A stretch of DNA of 64,000 nt from Candidatus Thorarchaeota archaeon (GTDB taxonomy: Archaea > Asgardarchaeota > Thorarchaeia > Thorarchaeales > Thorarchaeaceae), in NCBI GenBank assembly GCA_048882045.1, contig JBHLRZ010000016.1, forward strand, positions 10,738 to 74,737, written 5' to 3'. Made by a program: the position numbers and the translations under genes. Shown here piece after piece: positions 30,349 to 39,330 of this stretch. Below the pieces are notes generated by a model. The model made no database searches. It was not told the DNA's origin and was given only the letters and a program-made list of their open reading frames with translations. The first letter of the stretch is position 1, and each line of letters begins with the position of its first letter.

Positions 30349-32019
30349 TCACTCAAGCTCAGCTTTCTTCGATTCGAGTAGTTGTGTTATTTCATTTCTT
30401 AGAGACCTTGCCACTACAAGTGCCATTTCGATCTTCTCAGGAGTTGAGGGGCGAGCTTCATCTGCGAGAAATGGATTACCTAGAACCTTAGTTGTTTCTG
30501 ACTGAATGTGGGTGACATCCGTTCCTGATAGCGCCAGATGATCTGCAAGATCCTTGATCTTCCTCACACCATCTTTCACTTCTTTCCTTTTCGCGGCAAT
30601 GTCATCCCATTCCCTGAGGCTCTCTTGAGCCTCAGTTTCGAGCTTTCGCTCCTGATTGGTCAGTTTTTCGGTGATTTCTGTTAGAACAGGCATCAGTTTT
30701 CCGCGTGCGAAAGCTTTCTTCTCAGCTTCCTTACTTTCTCTGACCTTTCTAATTAAGTTCTCATCACCTACGATCGCATCGATAGTGTCAATCATTTCAT
30801 TGACGATTTTTACTCTGGCTTTTGCAGAGTCCAATTCTCCTGCTTCAACCTCTGCACGACCTTGTTTCAAAGAAACTATTAGACTGTCTACTAATCTAAC
30901 AAGTGGTTCCGATTCAAGGTCAGTCGTTTCAATAGTTTCTTTCAGAACACTCACTCTGCCATCTGTGACATCTGCATCTCGGAGCAACTTCTCAGATTCT
31001 TTGAAGTCTTTCAGAACTAGAGTTCCCGGACCGGCCTGGAGTGTGTAGGCTGTCTTGAGCTTGTCACTATAAGAACCTCGTACTATGACTGAGAACTCCT
31101 TCATTCCTTCAAGTGCTTGGGCAGATTTGAGAACCACTGCAAGATCAAGAGTGTCTCCAGGTGGCAGGACATTGACAGATTTGGTTCTCTCTCCGGATAC
31201 CATCTGTAGCCCCTCATCGAAATGCCACTCGACAGAGAGACCTGTTGCCTCGCCATTACCATTGTTCTTAATCAGAACCTTAACAGGGAATTCCTCCGTA
31301 AATGTAAGATCAACAGGAAGAACCAGTTGAGAAGATAGCTTTGGAACCTTGAGCTTACCCCTCAGGAGCTCTCGAACCATATCGAGACCTCGGTCAACAT
31401 ATTTGCTAAACTCCTGACTGTTGGCACTCGCCAGAGCAGCTTTAAGTTCAGTCACTGCTGCATTCTCTGCTGACGCAAATGCCTCAAGGTTGACTGACTG
31501 AATCGCACTCTCCAGCATCTGGGGAATCTGACTCAATCGAACAGTGGCAGGTAGCCTCAATTTTGAAGCATTCTCAGCAGCGAAACCTCGTGCCTTATAG
31601 AATCCATCAGCCTCTTTACCAATCATGATGTAAATCATACAACTAGCCATTGCGAGTGCAGTACCCTTACTTGTTTCTGCATCTTCGCCCCACATGAGAT
31701 GTTCATTAGAAGCCAACATTAGATCATCTGCTGCAATTTGATAGGCTTCGATGGCTTTTGTTGCATCGCCAATATCAGAAAAGACATCACCTGCTGCACA
31801 CATGTTGAGTGCAGCCTTCTTGTAGCTCTTTGAACCACGATATTCATCTGCTGATTTCAGAAATGCCTCAGCCGCCAGACCATATTCGTGGTCTGCAGTC
31901 GCGATATCTTTGTTCCGCTCAGCCTCAGCAGCTCTCATAAGATGCTGTCGTCCTGCGGACTGTCTAATCGTATCTTTCTGAGACTCCTCAATCCATCTCT
32001 TGGCACGCTCTTCCGACAC
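30349..32019 (-). CDS. Hypothetical protein: SNAP/TPR-like helical repeats + Ig-like (CARDB-type) domain + coiled coil
   Basis: AAEAFLKSADEY..SYKKAALNMCAAGDVF..IGD..KAIEAY; VLIKNNGNGEATGLSV...LPPGDT beta-sandwich; helical C-terminus. Confidence 0.6.
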   Translation of the reverse strand: MSEERAKRWIEESQKDTIRQSAGRQHLMRAAEAERNKDIATADHEYGLAAEAFLKSADEYRGSKSYKKAALNMCAAGDVFSDIGDATKAIEAYQIAADDLMLASNEHLMWGEDAETSKGTALAMASCMIYIMIGKEADGFYKARGFAAENASKLRLPATVRLSQIPQMLESAIQSVNLEAFASAENAAVTELKAALASANSQEFSKYVDRGLDMVRELLRGKLKVPKLSSQLVLPVDLTFTEEFPVKVLIKNNGNGEATGLSVEWHFDEGLQMVSGERTKSVNVLPPGDTLDLAVVLKSAQALEGMKEFSVIVRGSYSDKLKTAYTLQAGPGTLVLKDFKESEKLLRDADVTDGRVSVLKETIETTDLESEPLVRLVDSLIVSLKQGRAEVEAGELDSAKARVKIVNEMIDTIDAIVGDENLIRKVRESKEAEKKAFARGKLMPVLTEITEKLTNQERKLETEAQESLREWDDIAAKRKEVKDGVRKIKDLADHLALSGTDVTHIQSETTKVLGNPFLADEARPSTPEKIEMALVVARSLRNEITQLLESKKAELE

Positions 32020-32114
32020 TGTTTTTCTCTCTCCTTCTCAAGCTAAATACACGAGACGGTTTCAACCCTTCGCTTTGTTCGATGAGTCAAGACCTTATGC
32101 ATTCCATGCGAATC

Positions 32115-32408
32115 CTAGTACACTTCACGTGGAGAGTGCCTGAGTCTATCAGGTAGTCCTCCACCATGACCCTCTATCACAAGCTCGTATCCTCTTCCAA
32201 TCCTACCCTTTGAGGCAGTCTGAAATCCAACCTTCTCAATACCGCGAGCATTGCGTTCCGCGGCTCTACGCTCGATCATGCTTGCTCCACCAGGAATGGC
32301 AAGAATGAGCTTCTTCAAGGATTCATCAACAGTCAGAGTGATTGGCATTGTAGGAGTGCCAGAGCACTCATGAAATTGGCTGTCCTTATACTCGAGTAAA
32401 TGCTTCAT
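32115..32408 (-). CDS. Single-domain gelsolin-like protein (ProGel-like) with C-terminal WH2-like motif
   Basis: LTVDESLKKLILAIPGGASMIERRAAERNA (strand-strand-helix); C-terminal GGGLPDRLRHSP resembles gelsolin G1 GGVASGFKHV. Confidence 0.55.
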   Translation of the reverse strand: MKHLLEYKDSQFHECSGTPTMPITLTVDESLKKLILAIPGGASMIERRAAERNARGIEKVGFQTASKGRIGRGYELVIEGHGGGLPDRLRHSPREVY

Positions 32409-32494
32409 TTGAACTATTACACCATCCAAAGGTCAGTTCTGGACAAATCCCCCACGTGGTTACATATTAGGATTTGGCGGATGAAATGATTGCA

Positions 32495-32540
32495 GAAATA
32501 AAGAAGAATTGAGCCCAGGACCCGAGGGTCCAAAGGCTCA
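32495..32540 (-). terminator. Hairpin + U-rich terminator
   Basis: Minus strand TGAGCC-TTT-GGACC-CTCG-GGTCC-TG-GGCTCA followed by ATTCTTCTTTATTTC. Confidence 0.55.
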
Positions 32541-32562
32541 GAAGTAACACGATATACTAGGT

Positions 32563-32838
32563 TTAGTCCGGCGGCGGGGGTGGTGGTGGTGTATCATCGA
32601 GCTTAGTGTCGACCGGTCTAAGTACCGAATCGCGCTTCTTCCTTGTGAAGACAAAGCCAACAATAATCAACAACAATCCTAAGATTGCCACAACAGCACC
32701 AATCATCATTGTGTAGCCAGGGATGAGATCATATCCCGCCCCAGGTAACAATGCGAGAATGGCACCGCCAATCACTAAAAGCGCACCAAGACACACGGGT
32801 CCTGAACGCGTATACTCACGCCATGTCAAGTAGCTCAA
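32563..32838 (-). CDS. Small 2-TM membrane protein with C-terminal polyproline
   Basis: Two TM helices, RKKR, then LRPV and TPPPPPPPD. Confidence 0.7.
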   Translation of the reverse strand: MSYLTWREYTRSGPVCLGALLVIGGAILALLPGAGYDLIPGYTMMIGAVVAILGLLLIIVGFVFTRKKRDSVLRPVDTKLDDTPPPPPPPD

Positions 32839-32938
32839 TTTTCTAAGCTCCTACTCGAGACTTACCACGCGGTCTCGTCTAAACAAGATGAGTCATACGT
32901 AGCGATTTAAGATTATTGGGTAAATAACACTGCAAGAA

Positions 32939-33808
32939 TCATTCAAAGGCTATGCTCACGATGCATCCAGTTGATGAAGTATTTACACTGACTTTTGCTC
33001 CAGTCAGTTCACTCAACCTCTTTGCTATTTTCTCGTGAAATGTGCATGGATAACCAGCTGGAATCTTTGATGCCTTGGGATCCATCTCATGACAGGTTGT
33101 TAGTAGCTTGCAAGTACCAGTCTCGACAGTTGCTGTACCAGTGCCAGTCTTGGGTAGTTGACTCTCATTTGAACAACTCTGAATCAGCGAGGCGAATTTT
33201 ATGAGTGCTGTTGGAGGCTCATTTGGATTTGACATGGCCCAGCGATAGATCAGAGCATCAACTACTCTGTTGAACATGTTATCGAGATGTCCCTTTGGCA
33301 ACTCTGAGGCATATGCGGCAATCTCACATATCATTGCTGCGTGTGCTTCGACATTCATTGCCCAAGCTGCTTCGTCCTTTACTCGGTGAAGTGGGGGAAT
33401 CTCTCCTATTCTCATGTCTGGCAGATCTGCAGAGGTAGCTGATTCCTCAATTGCAACCTCTCCCTTCTCAGCAGCAGCAATGCCACCGATTGTGGTACCA
33501 TCTTCATATGTCAAATCAGGTATTTCGTAGTTCGGACATACTCCAGCAGTCTGATATTTCCTCGCAAACTGCATCAGTCTTCCTGCCATTTGGGCTACAG
33601 CATATCTACTTAGACCTTCAAATCGGATGTTGCCATAAGCTATACCTACCATATTCTCAAGGTCAAGTTCAGGCATAGTCTTCTCTGCGAGTATCTTCTT
33701 ACCTCTGACGATTCGCATCGCCCACATTTCATTCATGACTCCCGCCTGAGCACCATAGCTTGTATTTGGAATTCCGACGAGTGGGGAAACGGGATAGAAA
33801 TCACTCAT
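32939..33808 (-). CDS. Hypothetical protein with C-terminal V4R/H-NOX-like Cys-containing domain
   Basis: VETGTCKL..C...YPCTFH...L.ELTGAKVSV...GCIVSI Cys pattern typical of V4R-fold domains. Confidence 0.5.
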   Translation of the reverse strand: MSDFYPVSPLVGIPNTSYGAQAGVMNEMWAMRIVRGKKILAEKTMPELDLENMVGIAYGNIRFEGLSRYAVAQMAGRLMQFARKYQTAGVCPNYEIPDLTYEDGTTIGGIAAAEKGEVAIEESATSADLPDMRIGEIPPLHRVKDEAAWAMNVEAHAAMICEIAAYASELPKGHLDNMFNRVVDALIYRWAMSNPNEPPTALIKFASLIQSCSNESQLPKTGTGTATVETGTCKLLTTCHEMDPKASKIPAGYPCTFHEKIAKRLSELTGAKVSVNTSSTGCIVSIAFE

Positions 33809-33879
33809 ATTACAGCCTCAATATCCACTGTTCTGAAAATCATGGTCAAATGTGATTCAAAAGGGTATTGTGGTTGTAT

Positions 33880-33930
33880 GAAAAGAAAAGTGGAAACTGG
33901 ATGGTCATTCGCATCCAGTCTGTTTCCACT
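33880..33930 (-). terminator. Hairpin + U-tract terminator after cdc48
   Basis: Nested stems AGTGGAAAC/GTTTCCACT and TGGATG/CATCCA; minus strand continues TTTTCTTTTC. Confidence 0.6.
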
Positions 33931-36115
33931 ACACGTAACCTGGGAGGTCCATGTCTTTCTGTGGTTTTCGCTTCTTCACTGATTCAGCCAATGCTAGGAA
34001 TCTCTTGACATCATCTGGAGAGATGCTTGGTCGAACTTCCTTCAGAGCTTCATCGAAGTGTTTCATCTGCACAGGTTTTGCCTTCCAGTCATCCCGGACT
34101 GCAGCCATTGCAGCCTCACGAACAAGACCTTCGATATCCGCACCCGAGTATCCTTCGGTTTCATCAGCCAGCTTTTCAAGACTTACGTCATCTGCAAGAG
34201 GCATTTCACGAGTATGAACTCTGAGAATCTCTAATCTCGCGTCTGTATCTGGAGGTGGAACGAATAGAACTCCATCAAATCTGCCAGGCCTTAAAACCGC
34301 AGGATCTAGGATGTCCGCTCTGTTTGTCGCACCGATTACCAACACATTCTGTAAAGTCTGCATACCATCAAGCTCTGCAAGGAATTGGTTCACAATTCTC
34401 TGACTCACACCGGTGTCATCTGCTCGACTTCTTGTACTCATAATTGCATCAATTTCGTCAAAGAACAGAACACAAGGAGCAGTCTGTCGGGCTTTTTTGA
34501 AGATCTCGCGGACAGCTTTTTCCGACTCACCAACGTACTTGTTGAAGATTTCAGGACCTCGTACAGAAATGAAGTTAGCTTCACTCTCTGTAGCTACAGC
34601 TTTTGCTAGTAGAGTCTTTCCGGTACCTGGAGGGCCGAAGAGGAGAACTCCTTTTGGAGTTCGAATTCCCATTTCCTCGAAGACTTCAGGATGTTTCAAT
34701 GGGGCTTCAACAGCCTCTCGCAATTGCATCTTGACTTTTGTTAGACCACCAACATCGTCCCATCGGACATTCGGCTTTTCTACAAGAACTTCTCTCAAAG
34801 CAGAGGGAGTTACTTCAGATAGAGCCATATCAAAGTCAGCTTGTGTCACATACAGATTCGTTAGAATATCTGCAGGAATGTCACCAGTTTCAGGGTCAAC
34901 ATGAGGAAGGACTCTTCTGAGAGCCTGCATTGCGGCTTCCCTTGCGAGGGCGGCAAGATCTGCACCCACGAATCCATGGGTCACAGCGGCTAGTCTTTCT
35001 AGGTCAAGATCTTCTTCGAGTGGCATTGCTCTGGTATGAATCTGAAGGATTTCCAATCTGCCCTGCTTATCAGGGACTCCTATCACAATCTCTCGATCGA
35101 AACGGCCAGGTCTTCGTAACGCTTCGTCAATATCATCAGGTCTGTTTGATGCTCCAATGACTATTACTTGTCCTCTCCCCGTTAGACCATCCATGAGAGC
35201 GAGTAATTGTGCCACAACGCGTCGTTCAACCTCACCAGTGACCTCCGCGCGTTTGGGAGCAATACTATCTAGTTCATCAATGAAAATGATAGTTGGTGCA
35301 TTCTTTTCAGCATCTTCAAATGTTTCCCTAAGTTTCTGTTCTGATTCTCCATAGAATTTGGACATAATTTCTGGTCCATTAATTACCTTGAAATTCGCAC
35401 CAGATTCATTTGCAACAGCTTTCGCAATGAGTGTCTTTCCTGTTCCGGGAGGGCCCATCAAGAGGACACCCTTAGGAGGAGAAATACCTAGACGCTTGAA
35501 AAGCTCTGGTGACTTCATTGGAAGTTCTACCATTTCACGGATTTTCGTCAGTTCCTTTCCCAGACCACCAATGTCTTCATAGGTCACATCGGGAACTGAA
35601 ACATCTTCAGGTTTCGCTGGTTTTGTTAGCACCTCAACAGTTGTTGCTGGTGTTACTCGAACGTGTTTACTTGGAGAAACCGTTGTTGCTGTGAATTGTA
35701 ATCCTTGACCAATTGAGGAGATGAGAATCACATCACCTCTAGTGATTGGTTTGTTGATTATCTGTTGTTTCACATAGTTTTCGAATCCTTGTTGAAAACG
35801 GACAGGTTGACTAGGAGCCAGTACTATTCTGGCTGCTTCAGGAACATTTGTCTTACTAACCTCAACCATCTCACCGAGTCTCGCTCCTGCATTATTACGA
35901 ATCAGACCATCCATCCTGACCATATCAAGAACTTCATCTTCTTTGAGACTAGGCCATGCAACTGCTACAGTTTCTCTAGTGCCTTTCAAAAGTACATAAT
36001 CACCTGAACGGATGTCCAAGTGGTTTCTAACATCAGAATTTAATCTCACAATTCCGCGGCCCTGATCCTTCGGCATGGCAGCCGCTACTTTTAGACGAAC
36101 TGAATCTTCACTCAT
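33929..36115 (-). CDS. cdc48: CDC48/VCP (VAT) AAA+ ATPase
   Basis: N domain plus two AAA modules (GPPGTGKT twice; FIDELD and FFDEID; RPGRFD twice). Confidence 0.97.
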   Translation of the reverse strand: MSEDSVRLKVAAAMPKDQGRGIVRLNSDVRNHLDIRSGDYVLLKGTRETVAVAWPSLKEDEVLDMVRMDGLIRNNAGARLGEMVEVSKTNVPEAARIVLAPSQPVRFQQGFENYVKQQIINKPITRGDVILISSIGQGLQFTATTVSPSKHVRVTPATTVEVLTKPAKPEDVSVPDVTYEDIGGLGKELTKIREMVELPMKSPELFKRLGISPPKGVLLMGPPGTGKTLIAKAVANESGANFKVINGPEIMSKFYGESEQKLRETFEDAEKNAPTIIFIDELDSIAPKRAEVTGEVERRVVAQLLALMDGLTGRGQVIVIGASNRPDDIDEALRRPGRFDREIVIGVPDKQGRLEILQIHTRAMPLEEDLDLERLAAVTHGFVGADLAALAREAAMQALRRVLPHVDPETGDIPADILTNLYVTQADFDMALSEVTPSALREVLVEKPNVRWDDVGGLTKVKMQLREAVEAPLKHPEVFEEMGIRTPKGVLLFGPPGTGKTLLAKAVATESEANFISVRGPEIFNKYVGESEKAVREIFKKARQTAPCVLFFDEIDAIMSTRSRADDTGVSQRIVNQFLAELDGMQTLQNVLVIGATNRADILDPAVLRPGRFDGVLFVPPPDTDARLEILRVHTREMPLADDVSLEKLADETEGYSGADIEGLVREAAMAAVRDDWKAKPVQMKHFDEALKEVRPSISPDDVKRFLALAESVKKRKPQKDMDLPGYV

Positions 36116-36126
36116 TCCCTCACTCT

Positions 36127-36552
36127 CTATTCAATTCTCAGGTATCCTTCACTGGTTTCCTGCTCTTCTGATCTTACAGCAGTAATCTCAATCACACCGT
36201 TACGATAGGATACTGTCGACATCTCTTGGTCCACATTGAACCCAGGATGTAGGTGAATGTCTTGCTTGTTGGAACCAATCTTGACAATGATTTCTTCACC
36301 ATTTACCTTCACTTTAGGCACAAAGTCAGAAGAAAACTGACCCTGAACTAGGAACATGACACTATTTCCTAAATCAATCTCCTCCACATGTGCTTCATCA
36401 TTATGTTGCTCGATGTTCTGTTCGAGCGGGTCATTGACAAATGAGCCAGACCATGATCTAAATGTACCATTACCTTCAGGTAATTGTCCAAAGGCCTCTC
36501 TGAATTGTTCCATCATTTTTCGGAAAACTGACTCAAAGTCATCATCTATCAT
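36127..36552 (-). CDS. Small heat-shock protein (Hsp20-like)
   Basis: F/D-rich N-terminus, SYRNGVIEIT and C-terminal LRIE (IxI-like); GGAGGT SD before ATG at 36552; directly upstream of cdc48. Confidence 0.75.
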   Translation of the reverse strand: MIDDDFESVFRKMMEQFREAFGQLPEGNGTFRSWSGSFVNDPLEQNIEQHNDEAHVEEIDLGNSVMFLVQGQFSSDFVPKVKVNGEEIIVKIGSNKQDIHLHPGFNVDQEMSTVSYRNGVIEITAVRSEEQETSEGYLRIE

Positions 36553-36576
36553 GTTTGGAAAAATACCTCCCATTAC

Positions 36577-36626
36577 GAAGCCCCGGGCGGCTGATGCCGC
36601 CCTTCCGAGTCACCGATTGGGGCTCC
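36577..36626 (-). promoter_or_regulatory. GC-rich structured leader of the hsp20-cdc48 operon
   Basis: GGAGCCCC/GGGGCTTC outer stem enclosing a GGGCGGC-ATCA-GCCGCCC hairpin just upstream of the SD. Confidence 0.5.
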
Positions 36627-36845
36627 CTTTCTGTACTGTCTTGTCAGTCAGTACTAAGATACCATGTGGTACAATAGCATATAAGGATTTGGAAGTAGGC
36701 CTACTCAGGATATGGGTTTCTTCCTTTGTCTCATGACATATTGTACACTCTAATAGTGTGAGTTTACTCAAAAATCATTGCTGATGTCACAGAGATATGG
36801 ATATATTGGGCAAATTCTGCCATATGATAGACTGGTGTAACCACA

Positions 36846-37718
36846 TTGCCAACATGCTCTCTGTGCGGCACTGAAGATTTGAGCTTCACATGCCCGTACT
36901 GCAATGGAGTGTTCTGCTCAGAACACAGACTTCCAGAGAGTCATGGTTGTCCTGGGATGCATAGAGTACGTGAGGACGCACGGCGAAAAGTTACAGGAAA
37001 AACTGATTCTGAGGACATGAACGTTACTTTTTCTATTCGCGAGCGAAGGAAACCCCAACGACAAAGACGCCGAAGGCGTAGATTCTCGTCTACTGAACTT
37101 CGTGATCTAACCATTGCTGCGGTTCTTGTAATTCTGGTTGGGATATCCATATTCGGTTCCCCATATGGTATCTTTCGTGCTATAGATGTTCTAGGGTACT
37201 ACTTGAGCCTCGGTCTGTGGTGGTTGCCCGTAGGAAGTATTCTCATCTTTCTATTCTCATTCATGGCGCATGAACTAGCTCACAAGTTCGTCGCGCAGAG
37301 CTTTGGAGCTTGGTCAGAGTTCAGAATGTTGCCTACTGGATACATCCTCTCAGCAATGGCAATTCTCTTTTCAGTGCCAATCTTTGGAACTGGAGTGGTT
37401 TATTCTAGCGGAATGTCGAATAGAGAACAAGTAGGGAAGACAAACCTTGCAGGTCCTTTGACCAATTTTATTCTAGCTGCTATACTAATGATTACTGCAT
37501 TGACAATGTCAGTGTTCGCTCCTCTGGGTGTTATAGGCTTGCTATTTCGTTTTGGGATTCAGTTGAATGCATTCCTTGGACTCTTCAACATGATTCCATT
37601 CCAACCCTTTGATGGAGCATCCATTAGAAACTGGAGTAACAAAGTTTGGATTGCCCAAGCAGTTGGACTTGTGTTCATGCTCATTCTTGGCTATGCATTT
37701 CCCTACCTAGTACTATGA
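36846..37718 (+). CDS. AN1-type zinc finger fused to site-2 (M50) intramembrane metalloprotease
   Basis: CSLC...FTCPYCNGVFCSEHRLPESHGC; HELAH; AGPLTN; NMIPFQPFDG. Confidence 0.88.
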   Translation: MPTCSLCGTEDLSFTCPYCNGVFCSEHRLPESHGCPGMHRVREDARRKVTGKTDSEDMNVTFSIRERRKPQRQRRRRRRFSSTELRDLTIAAVLVILVGISIFGSPYGIFRAIDVLGYYLSLGLWWLPVGSILIFLFSFMAHELAHKFVAQSFGAWSEFRMLPTGYILSAMAILFSVPIFGTGVVYSSGMSNREQVGKTNLAGPLTNFILAAILMITALTMSVFAPLGVIGLLFRFGIQLNAFLGLFNMIPFQPFDGASIRNWSNKVWIAQAVGLVFMLILGYAFPYLVL

Positions 37719-37794
37719 AGTGTTGCGTCAATAATACCACGCTTCATAGCAGAATATTATACAGACACCTTGAAACTTTCAGGGGATTGACCAA

Positions 37795-39330
37795 TTGCTC
37801 ACACCTAAGGGATACAGCACTGACATCACCGAGCTATCAGTTTCAGCCTGGTTCTACCGTAACCGGACTATCGCGGGTTTTGACAATCCCGCTCGTTCAC
37901 TCTATGTTTCTATTCGCGAGCTCGTTGAGAACAGTCTTGATGCATGTGAGGATGAACGCGTCTTACCAGATGTGAGTGTCTTCCTACGGCGTGTGAGTGA
38001 AGCTAGCGACGATATGTTGAGTTCAGGACCAGAAATCTTCGAACTCACTGTGAAAGATAATGGGATGGGAATCAAACGAGAAGACATCCCAGTTCTGATT
38101 GGGAAAATGCTGACAGGAACCAAGTTTACACTCAGACAAAGCCGAGGAACTTTTGGGCTGGGAGGAAGTCTGGCACTTCTCTACGGACAAGTGACCACCC
38201 AAGAACCAATAGAAGTTGTGACTGGACAGAAGTACGAGCCTACTGGACACAGAATTGTCATGCGTCTTGATATCGATACAAATCAACCAGTCATTCTCAA
38301 AGAGGAATCAATTCCCAAGAGTCCAGATGAGATGGGCACGATGGTTTCATTCCAGCTCCAAGGAGACTGGATAAGGAGTAAACGAAGAATCATTGACTAT
38401 TTCTCTCAGACAGCCATAATTGTCCCCCATGCATCACTGTTCTTCGAAACTCCTGATAGGGAGGTTTTCAGATTTGATAGACTTATAGATAGACTACCAG
38501 TTTCGCCAAAGGAGATGGAACCTCATCCGAGAGGTATCGATGTTGAGATGCTCAAGAAGATGATTGGGGTCAGTCGTGCAAAGACTCTCAAATCATTCAT
38601 GAAGAATTCTTTCCAACGTGTAGGAGATTCTATTGCGGATGATTTTCTCCAATATGCGAAGCTAGATAGCGAGAGGTCTCCGAAGTCGTTAGGGCAACCC
38701 GATTTAGTGTCAATGATGAACTCATTTGTTAGTTATGAGAAATTCCTCCCTCCCTCACCTAAATCCCTATCACCAGCTGGTACTGAGTTGCTTATGGCAG
38801 GTGTTCAGAGACTCTCTCCAGACCTTGCTGTATTCAAGAAACGAGCCCCAAATGTCTATGAAGGACATCCATTCATAATTGAAACAGGTGTAGCATACAG
38901 AGGAGGTCTTGGAGCGGGAATTAAGATCTTTAGATTCGCAAACCGTATCCCTCTGCTCTATGATGAAAGCTCAGATGTTTCATACCGAGTAGTGAGAAAC
39001 CTCAATTTGAAACATTATGGTCTCCGTCAAGAAGATCCGATTGCGTTCGTCATCCACATCTGCTCAACAAAGGTCCCGTTCAAGACTGTAGGCAAGGAGT
39101 ACATAGCTGACGTAGATGTTGTACGAAGAGAGATCGAGCTGGGATTCAAGGAATGTCTTCGTGAGATCAGTGAGAAGGTGAGGAAACGAGAAAGATTCCA
39201 CAAACAGCGTAAGAGAGAGACGAAACTGTTCCAGTATTATCAGTTCATGTCTGAAACGTTGGCCTCAGCCCTAATGAGAGATGTCTCAGCGAAGTCTCTA
39301 TTCATGATAAGTGGAGATGATACTGATTGA
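37795..39330 (+). CDS. top6B: DNA topoisomerase VI subunit B
   Basis: GFDNP, RELVENSLDA, DNGMGI, QSRGTFGLG, PHPRG, H2TH, RFANRIPL, KVPFKTVGKE. Confidence 0.93.
   Translation: MLTPKGYSTDITELSVSAWFYRNRTIAGFDNPARSLYVSIRELVENSLDACEDERVLPDVSVFLRRVSEASDDMLSSGPEIFELTVKDNGMGIKREDIPVLIGKMLTGTKFTLRQSRGTFGLGGSLALLYGQVTTQEPIEVVTGQKYEPTGHRIVMRLDIDTNQPVILKEESIPKSPDEMGTMVSFQLQGDWIRSKRRIIDYFSQTAIIVPHASLFFETPDREVFRFDRLIDRLPVSPKEMEPHPRGIDVEMLKKMIGVSRAKTLKSFMKNSFQRVGDSIADDFLQYAKLDSERSPKSLGQPDLVSMMNSFVSYEKFLPPSPKSLSPAGTELLMAGVQRLSPDLAVFKKRAPNVYEGHPFIIETGVAYRGGLGAGIKIFRFANRIPLLYDESSDVSYRVVRNLNLKHYGLRQEDPIAFVIHICSTKVPFKTVGKEYIADVDVVRREIELGFKECLREISEKVRKRERFHKQRKRETKLFQYYQFMSETLASALMRDVSAKSLFMISGDDTD

Noticed and set aside
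36577-36626. SECIS element or selenoprotein read-through
   Set aside because: The hairpin lies 5' of hsp20, lacks a clear SECIS core, and no gene in the window shows an in-frame TGA at a conserved Cys position
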